DNA of 64,000 nt from Anaerohalosphaeraceae bacterium (lineage in GTDB: Bacteria > Planctomycetota > Phycisphaerae > Sedimentisphaerales > Anaerohalosphaeraceae). Below are positions 10,285 to 18,441 of this stretch, piece after piece. Made by a program: the position numbers and the translations under genes. The DNA lies in assembly GCA_963675525.2 (NCBI GenBank), contig CAXXSL010000020.1:96001-160000 (forward strand), given 5' to 3'. Numbering within the stretch: the stretch's first letter is position 1; each line of letters opens with the position of its first letter. The notes under the pieces were generated by a model, which was given only the letters and a program-made list of their open reading frames with translations, had not been told where the DNA came from and did not search any database.

Positions 10285-10833
10285 TTGATGATACAGGAAA
10301 AACTGTTAATGATGCGATTTAACCGCGGCGACCACGGTGCCCTTCGCAACATCTACGCCTTGTACAAAGACGATCTCGTCAGTCTGGCCAGCGCTCTTTT
10401 ACATGATAAAACATCCGCAGAAGATGCGGTACACGATGTCTTTGCTGAGTTGATTTCGAAACAGGCAACCCTGAAAATCACGCAAAACCTCCGACAATAC
10501 CTGTTGACGGCCGTAGTAAATTCAGCACGTCGGCAATATCACCTGCATATAAAGAGACCTCAAACGTCTTTGGATGCGGAAAATGCCCCGGACATCGAAA
10601 CCCAAAGCCCGCCGGAATCGCCGGTGATGTTCGACGAGCAGCAGCGACATCTTGAAAACGCCCTGTCAGCGTTGCCCCATGAGCAGCGTGAGGTCATTCT
10701 GCTGCGGCATTTCAGCGGTTTCAGATTTAAAAAAATCGCTCAAATGCAGAACGTTTCCATTAATACCGTCCAGGGCCGTTATCGCTACGGCCTTGATAAA
10801 CTGCGGTCACTCTTAAACGGAGAATTGTTATGA
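10285..10833 (+). CDS. ECF RNA polymerase sigma factor 3
   Basis: GDHGAL, AEDAVHDVF, LPHEQREVILLR, TVQGRYRYG. Confidence 0.92.
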   Translation: MMIQEKLLMMRFNRGDHGALRNIYALYKDDLVSLASALLHDKTSAEDAVHDVFAELISKQATLKITQNLRQYLLTAVVNSARRQYHLHIKRPQTSLDAENAPDIETQSPPESPVMFDEQQRHLENALSALPHEQREVILLRHFSGFRFKKIAQMQNVSINTVQGRYRYGLDKLRSLLNGELL

Positions 10834-12008
10834 ACGCGACCGATAAAATAGATAAATTGATTAAAAATCTAAAAACCACAGCCAGTCCCGAACTGGACCG
10901 GCGAATCGACACTCTGCTGGAACGATCCAAACAAAGTCAGACTCGATCGCTGAATACATGGAGAAAAATCATGAAAAATCCAATTACAAAATTTACAGCC
11001 GCGGCAATCATTATCCTTGCCGTTCTGATCGGCGTCTATCAAATTACCGGTTCCATTGACGGGTCCGGTGTCGCTTGGGCGGATGTGATCCGTCCTGTGC
11101 TGAAAGCCGTATCAGTTGAATACGATGCAGTCATTGATGAGACCGGGGACGATCCACAGCGGTTCCATGATGTAGTGGTGGGGCCGCGGATCCATCGCAG
11201 TTATGCCGAAGGACCGGTGCAGAAGGCAATTATTGACACCGAGACCAAAACGCTTTTTTTGCTGGTACCGAGTGAAAAGACAGCCGTTACCATCTATTTT
11301 AGAAATCTGCCGGAAAAACTAAATCCGATGAGCCAGGTGCAAAACATTCTCCTGGAACTGCAAGATGATCCCGGCTTTGAAGTACAGGAGACAGGTCCCG
11401 AAACAATTGACGGCCAAGCGGCGGTGGGTTTTTGGGCTACTCATCCCCAAAAGGAACTGATGATCTGGGCCGATCCGGTCACTTCGATTCCGATTCGTAT
11501 TGATATCAAAGATGTACTGGCCGAAGATGTGATTTGTCGGAATTTTCAGTTTAACAGCCAAGTTTCCCAGTCCTTGATGGAGATGGAGGTCCCGCAGGGA
11601 TTTGTCCACGAAAAGCACATGCTTGATCTGGCCGGTCTGCCCGAAGCGAATTTGATCGAGGGCCTGCGGTTTTATGCTAAGCTTAACGACGGCCTGTTTC
11701 CGGAGGATGTTTCGGTGCTGCATTGTATCCAGCCGGATAAGGATATTCAGGATCGTATCGAAACACTCACTCCACACGATCAGGAAGCGCTTCAGATCCT
11801 GATGCAGACGATTCGTCAATTTCTCCTGCTACAGTATTACCGTGGACCGGGACAGTGGCACTGGATCGGTACGGGTGTAGAGTTGGGTGATGCAAACACA
11901 CCGATTTACTGGTATCAGTCCGTGGATTCTTCAACCTATCGTGTGATTTACGGGGACCTGCATGTCGAAGATGCCACTGAAAACGAACTGCCAAAGGCAG
12001 GGAATTGA
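10830..12008 (+). CDS. Putative membrane anti-sigma factor 3
   Basis: ATGA overlap, one TM helix, LolA-like module (IWADPVTSIPIRI), different C-terminal domain (YRVIYGDLHV). Confidence 0.75.
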   Translation: MNATDKIDKLIKNLKTTASPELDRRIDTLLERSKQSQTRSLNTWRKIMKNPITKFTAAAIIILAVLIGVYQITGSIDGSGVAWADVIRPVLKAVSVEYDAVIDETGDDPQRFHDVVVGPRIHRSYAEGPVQKAIIDTETKTLFLLVPSEKTAVTIYFRNLPEKLNPMSQVQNILLELQDDPGFEVQETGPETIDGQAAVGFWATHPQKELMIWADPVTSIPIRIDIKDVLAEDVICRNFQFNSQVSQSLMEMEVPQGFVHEKHMLDLAGLPEANLIEGLRFYAKLNDGLFPEDVSVLHCIQPDKDIQDRIETLTPHDQEALQILMQTIRQFLLLQYYRGPGQWHWIGTGVELGDANTPIYWYQSVDSSTYRVIYGDLHVEDATENELPKAGN

Positions 12009-12029
12009 CCATTCTCATAGATCTAGCCC

Positions 12030-12060
12030 GGCCGCACTTTTCAGAGTGCGGCCTTTTTTT
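12030..12060 (+). terminator. Rho-independent terminator
   Basis: GGCCGCACT/AGTGCGGCC stem plus T7. Confidence 0.9.
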
Positions 12061-12263
12061 GCGCCGGGCATGGTTTTATACTTATGGGGTTGTCCCCTGC
12101 GGACCGAAATGGACGCTAACCGAAAGTCGACGGCAACTGCGGTTCGGTGATGTGTCGAGCAGGCATGCCGGGTGGTATGAGAGGCAGGAACGACGAAGCC
12201 CCGCCTACTCGATTGTGCAAAAAAAGTCGTAACAATCCACGGCGAAATGAGTATAATGATACT

Positions 12264-13037
12264 ATGCGATTGAAGTTTGTGACATGTAAAGTGATGCAGC
12301 GGGAGGCCTATTTGTGTGCGTCCCGGAGCCCGAATATCGTCGATATTGTGCTGATGCCGCAGGGTCTGCATGATACGCCTGACATTTTGCGCAGCGAAGT
12401 CCAGAAAGAACTGGACAAAACCGCCGACCCGGCCGGTAAGCCTTATGACGGCATCCTGCTGGGCTATTGCCTGTGCAGTAACGGCATAACCGGCCTTCAC
12501 AGCGATATTCCTGTCGTTGTTGCCCGCGGGCATGACTGCATGACCCTGCTGCTCGGTTCGCGGCATACGTATCAGGACTACTTCGACACGCACAAAGGGG
12601 TTTACTGGTACAGTATCGGTTGGATTGAACAATGCAACGACCTGATGCCCGGCAAAGACCGATACGAGCAAAAGCTGGCCGAATACACTGAAAAGTTCGG
12701 CCCGGACAACGCGCAATACCTGATGGAGACCGAGCAAAACTGGATACGGGAATACCAGCGGGCGGTTTTCATCGACTGGGATTTGCCGGGAACCGACGAG
12801 TATAAAGAGTACACGAAACACTGCGCCAATTACCTGAACTGGGCGTATGACGAAATCAAAGGGGATGTGTCGCTCATGCAGCGGCTGTTGGACGGCGACT
12901 GGCCCCATGAGGACTTTCTCGTGGTCAAGCCCGGCGAGACGATTCGCGACGACCTGACCGAACCGCACATTATGAAAACCGAACCGCACTGCGGCCAATG
13001 CGGTCATACCGAGACACCGCCTGAGGATTCGCCATGA
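12264..13037 (+). CDS. DUF1638-like protein
   Basis: CKVMQRE, GLHDTP, LLGYCLCSNG, HDCMTLLLGS pattern. Start reassigned to MRLKFVTC. Confidence 0.75.
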   Translation: MRLKFVTCKVMQREAYLCASRSPNIVDIVLMPQGLHDTPDILRSEVQKELDKTADPAGKPYDGILLGYCLCSNGITGLHSDIPVVVARGHDCMTLLLGSRHTYQDYFDTHKGVYWYSIGWIEQCNDLMPGKDRYEQKLAEYTEKFGPDNAQYLMETEQNWIREYQRAVFIDWDLPGTDEYKEYTKHCANYLNWAYDEIKGDVSLMQRLLDGDWPHEDFLVVKPGETIRDDLTEPHIMKTEPHCGQCGHTETPPEDSP

Positions 13038-13981
13038 AATCAATCGTCATGTCCACCCTGCCGGCCATGATCTTTGGCAGCACCGTCCTTTTGGTGTTTT
13101 ATCTGTACTTTCGCCTGTGGGCGATTTGGCTGTATCGAAATATCCGCAAAAAAGACACAAAGAGATATCTAACCGGCCGGATCGCTATTGCCCTGCACAT
13201 CATTGCCGGCATCGGAATTCTCTGTGTTCTGTATGGTTATTTCATAGAGCCCTATTGGCTTGAAATAAATAGAATCTCGATCCAAACGGATAAACTGAAA
13301 GACACCACTTTCCGCATCGTTCAGATATCCGATTTGCATTGTGACAAGAAAGTGCGATTGGAAGCAAAACTACCCGACATCATAAACAATCTTGATCCCG
13401 ATATCATTGTCTTCACCGGCGATACGATCAACCGAAAATCGGCCTTGCCGCTGTTTCAGGATACAATGCGGAAACTGCATGCCCCATTGGGTAAATTTGC
13501 CGTAAATGGCAATTGGGACTTGAGCTACTGGTCCAACCTCAAGCTGTTTGATGAAACGGGTTTTGAGGAGTTAAGGCTGCATGAAAGAATCGTTGAAAAA
13601 GACGGCGAATCCATCAGCATTTCCGGTTTAGCCTTTGAAAACGGGAAAACCAGTTTCCGTCTTGTCGGTAAACTTAAGCCGGAGAATTTCAATCTTTTTC
13701 TCTATCACAATAGCGGCTTGATGGATTATTTTGACAGTATTCCGATCGATCTGTATCTGTGCGGGCACACACACGGTGGACAGGTTGCCCTTCCGTTTTA
13801 CGGCGCCCTGACAACCCTGTCCCGCCACGGCAAAAAATACGAGGCAGGACTATATCGACAAGGACACATTCGGCTTTATGTCAATCGGGGAATTGGCCTG
13901 GAAGGCGGAATGTCGCCCAAAGTACGCTTCTGTGCCCGACCGGAAATCACGGTCTTTGACATCGGTCCCGAGACGCAATAG
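13034..13981 (+). CDS. Membrane-anchored metallophosphoesterase (YkuE-like)
   Basis: SDLH, TGD, GNWD, GHTHGGQ, VNRGIG and RPEI motifs; two N-terminal TM helices. Confidence 0.9.
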   Translation: MKSIVMSTLPAMIFGSTVLLVFYLYFRLWAIWLYRNIRKKDTKRYLTGRIAIALHIIAGIGILCVLYGYFIEPYWLEINRISIQTDKLKDTTFRIVQISDLHCDKKVRLEAKLPDIINNLDPDIIVFTGDTINRKSALPLFQDTMRKLHAPLGKFAVNGNWDLSYWSNLKLFDETGFEELRLHERIVEKDGESISISGLAFENGKTSFRLVGKLKPENFNLFLYHNSGLMDYFDSIPIDLYLCGHTHGGQVALPFYGALTTLSRHGKKYEAGLYRQGHIRLYVNRGIGLEGGMSPKVRFCARPEITVFDIGPETQ

Positions 13982-13992
13982 AATGGATCGGC

Positions 13993-14571
13993 ATGGATAA
14001 TATTCTTGAAATTATCACGATATCCGGTATCGCCGTCGGGCTGGCGATGGACGCCTTTGCGGTTTCCGTTGTCAGCGGTTCGGCTTTTAAAACTATGTGC
14101 GTTCGCTGTGCGCTGCGGATGGCGTTTTTCTTCGGGGCGTTCCAGGCCGTCATGCCGCTACTGGGCTATCTGGCGGGGAACACGCTGGCCGGGCATATTG
14201 TCGCTTATGACCACTGGGTTGCATTCGGTCTGCTGCTTCTCATCGGCGGCAAAATGATTTACGAGTCATTCAAAATCAGCGATATGGAAAATAAAGCCAA
14301 GGACCCGTCCTGCCCTGTGACGCTGGTGATGCTGAGCATTGCGACCAGTATTGATGCGCTGGCGGTCGGGGTGACGCTGTCGCTTATTACACAACACATT
14401 TATGTTGCGGTTGCGGTGATCGGACTCATTACCTTTGTGCTGTCGTATATCGGCTATGAAATCGGTAAACGAATGGGGCATTTCTTCGAGAATAAAATCG
14501 AAATCATCGGCGGGCTTATCCTCATCGCCATCGGGCTGAAAATCCTTATTAGCCACCTCTTAGTGGCCTAA
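13993..14571 (+). CDS. mntP: Manganese efflux pump MntP
   Basis: GLAMDAFAVS, FQAVMP, DHWVAF, ATSIDALAVG. Confidence 0.92.
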   Translation: MDNILEIITISGIAVGLAMDAFAVSVVSGSAFKTMCVRCALRMAFFFGAFQAVMPLLGYLAGNTLAGHIVAYDHWVAFGLLLLIGGKMIYESFKISDMENKAKDPSCPVTLVMLSIATSIDALAVGVTLSLITQHIYVAVAVIGLITFVLSYIGYEIGKRMGHFFENKIEIIGGLILIAIGLKILISHLLVA

Positions 14572-14616
14572 AAATTAGGAAATTCCATCTTTTTTTAAAA
14601 AAATAATGTTTTCGGA

Positions 14617-14668
14617 TTGACTTTTTGCATCATTTTCTCTATTATGTTTATGGAGTTAGTAAAGATAA
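14617..14668 (+). promoter_or_regulatory. Sigma70-type promoter with overlapping inverted repeat (putative Rrf2 operator)
   Basis: TTGACT-N17-TATTAT; TTATGTTTA-N9-TAAAGATAA (8/9 dyad match) at 14642-14668. Confidence 0.55.
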
Positions 14669-14743
14669 GTCAAAGCAACCGAAATTCCGGTAATATCGGC
14701 TTCAAGCATTAGACGGTTTTTTTGTGATTTTAAGGGAAAAAAC

Positions 14744-15145
14744 ATGAAACTAACGACAAAAAGTGAATACTCGATTTTAGCATTGTTATATTTAACCCGT
14801 CAGCCAAAAGACCATTTCGTCAAAGTTGATGAAATCGTCGCAGCATGTGATATTCCCAAGAAATATCTCGAACTGCTGTTGATGGCACTTCGCCAAAACC
14901 GCCTGATCAAAACGCGACGCGGAAAACAAGGCGGTTACCAACTGGCCAAACCGGCCAATCAAATCACCTTGGCTGAAGTGATCCGGATGATGGACGGAGC
15001 GCTGGCCCCGACCGAATCGGTCAGCACCTATTTTCATTCGGATACCCCGCTTTCGAAAGAACCCAATCTGCTGGCAGTCTTTCAGGATATCCGGGACTAC
15101 ATTTCAGATAAACTTGAAAATTTGACTTTAAAAGACCTTATTTAA
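14744..15145 (+). CDS. Rrf2-family regulator (CymR-like, lacks the IscR Cys triad)
   Basis: MKLTTKSEY, KYLE, RRGKQGGYQLAKP, ITLAEVIR. Confidence 0.9.
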   Translation: MKLTTKSEYSILALLYLTRQPKDHFVKVDEIVAACDIPKKYLELLLMALRQNRLIKTRRGKQGGYQLAKPANQITLAEVIRMMDGALAPTESVSTYFHSDTPLSKEPNLLAVFQDIRDYISDKLENLTLKDLI

Positions 15146-15158
15146 GTGGAGGATTAAC

Positions 15159-15995
15159 ATGGAACTGACTCTTATAACCATTGTCACGATTATGATTCTG
15201 GCTTTTGCCTGCGAATATATGGACTCGACGCTGGGGATGGGATACGGCACGACGTTGACGCCGGTTTTTATGCTGATGGGATTTCAGGTCAGCGAAATTG
15301 TCCCGGCTATCCTTGTCAGTGAACTCTGTACCGGCTTGTTGGCGGGCATCTGTCATCATGCCGAGGGGAACGTCAACTTCCGTCCGAATAATAACAGCTT
15401 CCTTCGAGTTCATGAAATCATTCATCCCGTCAAATACTATCGCACCCTTAGCCAATCCCTGCCGATGCATTTGAAGATCGCCCTGCTGTTCGGGGTTTGC
15501 AGTGCCATCGGGGCGGTCGCGGCAGTTTATGTGGCGGTTAGTATTCCCAAATTCTGGCTTAAGATGTACATCGGCGTACTCGTGCTGTCGATGGGGATTT
15601 TAATTCTTGTGTTTTTCAATCGAAAGCTGAAATTTTCCTTCGCCAAGGTCACAGGCATGGGATTGCTTGCTTCTTTCAATAAAGGTATAAGCGGTGGCGG
15701 TTATGGACCGGTTGTTACGGCCGGACAAATACTTTCCGGTGTCGAAGGTAAAAGCGCGGTCGGGATTACCTCGCTGGCCGAATCGATTACCTGCTTTGTC
15801 GGCGTGGTGATGTACCTGTTAATCGGCAAGGAGATTAATTGGAGACTGGCCCCCTGGATTATTGTCGGAGCGGTCGCCTCTGTGCCCCTATCAGCGAAAA
15901 GCGTTAAATTTATCAGTGAACGAAAACTGAAGTTCGCCATTGCCATCGTAACGATTCTGCTTGGCTGCTTTACAATCTACAAAACACTGAAATAA
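15159..15995 (+). CDS. Sulfite exporter TauE/SafE family protein
   Basis: DSTLGMGYGT and KGISGGGYGP motifs; about 8 TM helices. Confidence 0.85.
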   Translation: MELTLITIVTIMILAFACEYMDSTLGMGYGTTLTPVFMLMGFQVSEIVPAILVSELCTGLLAGICHHAEGNVNFRPNNNSFLRVHEIIHPVKYYRTLSQSLPMHLKIALLFGVCSAIGAVAAVYVAVSIPKFWLKMYIGVLVLSMGILILVFFNRKLKFSFAKVTGMGLLASFNKGISGGGYGPVVTAGQILSGVEGKSAVGITSLAESITCFVGVVMYLLIGKEINWRLAPWIIVGAVASVPLSAKSVKFISERKLKFAIAIVTILLGCFTIYKTLK

Positions 15996-16008
15996 AGAGG
16001 TGTATTAT

Positions 16009-16515
16009 TTACGCAGGCGTCGTATCGTCAGGGAATATCTCATTAAACATCTGGCTGTCCAGATTGCGGGCATAATAATTATGGACCGCTCTCTGCCCCC
16101 TGCCTTTCACATCGGTCAGTGAGGAAGTTACGCCCATGCGAATCATCGCGACAATGAACAGGCACGCGGCAACATTAAACCATTTTTCGATGGTGGGCCG
16201 TTTTCGCTCGATCCAGTGCGGCCGTGGTCTTGAATGACGAAGGTTTTCCGATTGCGGCATATCACGCAGTGAATGTTTTAAGACACCGATTGCTTTTGTA
16301 TTTGCTTTGGCCAGCAGATCAAAATTGTGCGGTTGAGATTTCAACAGAGACATCGCCAGTTCCACCCGGTTCGTCAGTGCCAGCCGCTTTTGACACCGTG
16401 GACAGGTCGCGACATGACCCGCAAGATGTTCGAGCACGGATTCTTTAAGGCGAGCCCATATGCCGAGTCCGCTTCGAATCTGTTTACATGAATTATATCG
16501 TTCTGTTTTTCTCAT
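16009..16515 (-). CDS. Zinc-binding anti-sigma factor (ZAS)
   Basis: HVATCPRC (HxxxCxxC), one hydrophobic helix near the C-terminus, directly downstream of an ECF sigma gene. Start reassigned to 16515. Confidence 0.75.
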   Translation of the reverse strand: MRKTERYNSCKQIRSGLGIWARLKESVLEHLAGHVATCPRCQKRLALTNRVELAMSLLKSQPHNFDLLAKANTKAIGVLKHSLRDMPQSENLRHSRPRPHWIERKRPTIEKWFNVAACLFIVAMIRMGVTSSLTDVKGRGQRAVHNYYARNLDSQMFNEIFPDDTTPA

Positions 16516-16525
16516 AACGCACCTG

Positions 16526-17083
16526 TCATTTATTCTCAGACATCCATAGAGCCAGCAGTTTAAGTGCTTTGCAGCGATACACTCTGGCGGCTGTCGATGT
16601 AATACCAAGGATTTTTGCAACCTGATTATACGGCATCTCTGCGAGGTCTCGCAAAACCACAACATCGCCCAGATACTCCGGTAGCCTCGCAACAGCGTCT
16701 CTAAGTCGCTGTTGTAAGTCCATCGCATCCAAGTAGCCGGCCGGGTCATTGTTCCGGGATTCGTACTTTTCACAGAGCTGATGGTGATATCTGACTTTTA
16801 ACTGCTCACGTCGGAGCATGGTAATCGCAATATTCGACGCTGTCCGGAAAAGATACGCCCGAACATTGTCGGGTTTGGCATGATCTTCCAGATGGGCCAA
16901 CCGCAGAAATGTTTCCTGGTAAGCATCACAGACATCCTGTTCATTTCCCAGTATCCGCCACAATACCGAAACCAATGCCGAACCATGGTGCTGCATCGCA
17001 GTCAATATCCACCGCTGGCTGCGTTCTGCGTCAACCTGCGTTAGATCAAATGCAACGCTCAAACTGGCTGGGTGAATGGCCAT
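16526..17083 (-). CDS. ECF RNA polymerase sigma factor 4
   Basis: DAYQETFLR, YLFRTASN, LPEYLGDVVVLRD..EMPYNQVA. Confidence 0.9.
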   Translation of the reverse strand: MAIHPASLSVAFDLTQVDAERSQRWILTAMQHHGSALVSVLWRILGNEQDVCDAYQETFLRLAHLEDHAKPDNVRAYLFRTASNIAITMLRREQLKVRYHHQLCEKYESRNNDPAGYLDAMDLQQRLRDAVARLPEYLGDVVVLRDLAEMPYNQVAKILGITSTAARVYRCKALKLLALWMSENK

Positions 17084-17114
17084 AACTACCTTTGCCTTAT
17101 TGTTTTGTTCACTT

Positions 17115-17146
17115 ATAAGACAAGCTCGATTACCTATATGTTACCT
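17115..17146 (-). promoter_or_regulatory. ECF-type promoter for the sigma 4/anti-sigma operon
   Basis: AGGTAACA-N17-GTCTTAT on the minus strand. Confidence 0.75.
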
Positions 17147-17187
17147 TATTTTTTATAAAAATAGGGAGAAATTTTTTGTTTTTTTTG

Positions 17188-17219
17188 AGGTAACAGTTTC
17201 TATCCGAGAATCGTCTTAT
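17188..17219 (+). promoter_or_regulatory. ECF-type promoter for the T2SS/T4P-like operon
   Basis: Identical AGGTAACA-N17-GTCTTAT on the plus strand. Confidence 0.75.
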
Positions 17220-17278
17220 TAATAGATATAGACGGATCGCACAGGTGAATATTTTAACCTTTTGAGAAATAAGGGCTT

Positions 17279-18427
17279 ATGAAACACTCCACAGAACATA
17301 ATGTCGCTCAGTTGGTCGAGCAAATACTTACAGAAGCGATTCAATTCGGGGCAAGTGATATCCATTTCGAGCCGACCAGCACGGAATTACAGGTCCGATT
17401 CAGGCTGGACGGGTCGTTGAAAACCATCGAACATCTCCCCGGTGCCATCAGTGATAACGTCATCGCTCGACTTAAGGTTCTGGGCAATCTATTGACCTAT
17501 CGCAACGATATTCCACAGGAAGGCCGCATTGAGTCTCTTAAAGATGGGGTCATTGTTTCCGAATCCGGAAAGGTGACCGATAAGCGACTGGCGGTTTTTC
17601 CGACAATTTACGGACAGCGGGCGGTGGTAAGAATTTTTTATGAAAACGAAGGTTTGCTGGAACTGGAAAAACTGGGATTTAACACCTACATTGATTCGGC
17701 TCTGACGGCCTTTGCGAAAAAGAATCAGGGTATTCTGCTTCTGACCGGTCCGGCCGGAAGCGGAAAAAGTACAACACTAGGTGCCCTGCTTCGTTACATC
17801 CTGAAACAATCACAAGGCAAAAGTATTGTCGCCCTGGAGGACCCGGTCGAACGCGCCATCGAAGGAGTTACGCAGGTGCAGATCGAACCACATGGTGAGA
17901 TGACTTTCCCTACCGCCCTGCGTTCACTGTTGCGGCAAGACCCGCAGGTCTTGATGATTGGTGAGATTCGGGATGCCGAAACCGCACGAATTGCGATTGA
18001 GGCCGGATTGACCGGGCACCTTTTAATGAGTACCATGCACAGCGGAAGCTGCAGCGGTGCCCTGCTTCGGCTTCTCGAGATGGGGATTGAACCCTATCAG
18101 GTCACTTCCGGCTTATGTGCTATTCTGAATCAACGGCTTGTGCGGCGTTTGTGCGAACACTGCAAAAAACAACAGCACGACGGCACTTATCAGGCCGCCG
18201 GATGTGAAAGATGTCACGGAACCGGTTATCACGGACGCGTATTGCTGGCGGAAATGGTGGAACTGGACGGGCAGCTTCGAGAAGCGATCCTTAAGCGTTC
18301 AGACATGGAAAGCCTCGAAGGTATTTTAGAATCACGCGGTCACATGAACCTGATGCAGGACGGCAGAAGATTGATCAATCAGGGTATTACCAGCGAAGAA
18401 GAAGTTCAGCGGGTCTGCGGAGTATAA
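17279..18427 (+). CDS. GspE/PilB-family secretion ATPase (short form)
   Basis: ASDIHFEP, PQEGR, Walker A GPAGSGKS, EDPVE, LRQDPQVLMIGEIRD, TGH, CxxC..CxxC. Confidence 0.93.
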   Translation: MKHSTEHNVAQLVEQILTEAIQFGASDIHFEPTSTELQVRFRLDGSLKTIEHLPGAISDNVIARLKVLGNLLTYRNDIPQEGRIESLKDGVIVSESGKVTDKRLAVFPTIYGQRAVVRIFYENEGLLELEKLGFNTYIDSALTAFAKKNQGILLLTGPAGSGKSTTLGALLRYILKQSQGKSIVALEDPVERAIEGVTQVQIEPHGEMTFPTALRSLLRQDPQVLMIGEIRDAETARIAIEAGLTGHLLMSTMHSGSCSGALLRLLEMGIEPYQVTSGLCAILNQRLVRRLCEHCKKQQHDGTYQAAGCERCHGTGYHGRVLLAEMVELDGQLREAILKRSDMESLEGILESRGHMNLMQDGRRLINQGITSEEEVQRVCGV

Positions 18428-18441
18428 AAAAAGGGGCTGTT

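Noticed and set aside
12061..12240. Possible structured ncRNA (TCGAGCAGGC...GCCTACTCGA imperfect IR)
   Set aside because: No recognisable family and only one weak stem; an Rfam/covariation search would be needed.
12015..13043. 342-aa antisense ORF (likewise 1584-2507)
   Set aside because: Opposite well-supported genes; typical antisense shadows.
13900..13992. yybP-ykoY Mn riboswitch upstream of mntP
   Set aside because: Only 11 nt separate mntP from the upstream gene; no room or motif.
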